IMG/VR virus record: IMGVR_UViG_3300049185_000033
Coordinates: 1 to 25,661 of that record
Strand: one strand, 5' to 3'
DNA length: 25,661 bases
DNA from: a virus
Taxonomy: Duplodnaviria; Caudoviricetes
The position numbers were made by a program, and so were the translations under genes. Every line of letters begins with the position of its first letter. Position 1 is the first letter of the stretch. Positions 25,660-25,661 of the stretch are shown here, one piece after another. Under the pieces are notes generated by a model. It was not told where the DNA came from and made no database searches. It worked only from the letters and a program-made list of their open reading frames with translations.

Positions 25660-25661
25660 GG

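Overview
High-GC segment of a temperate, long non-contractile-tailed (siphovirus-type) phage, probably infecting a betaproteobacterium (host is inference). Plus strand 1-15659 is the late operon: lambda-type portal (5'-truncated), fused prohead protease/HK97-fold major capsid, head-tail proteins, tail tube, a chaperone pair joined by a -1 frameshift, tape measure, tail tip/fibre (split by a frameshift, with an ILEI-like domain), fibre chaperone, holin, M15 endolysin and overlapping spanins. 15720-15975 is an intact attP: the 3' end of tmRNA flanked by GGGGGTA arm repeats, followed by a P4/CP4-57-like tyrosine integrase. The sequence therefore looks excised or free rather than integrated. Minus strand 17271-25661 is an early/accessory operon with a Dam-like adenine MTase, DHH/DHHA1 phosphoesterase, AlpA, YfdR-like HD hydrolase and many small ORFs. 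The most notable item is a C5-cytosine methyltransferase locus (22171-23091) that appears to encode two ~300-aa polypeptides in two frames of the same DNA: motifs I-VIII and X in one frame, WPTP repeats and motif IX in the other. A 1-nt indel near 22394 obscures this. Several apparent indels suggest sequencing or assembly error, or real decay. All family calls come from motif recognition by eye; no searches were run.
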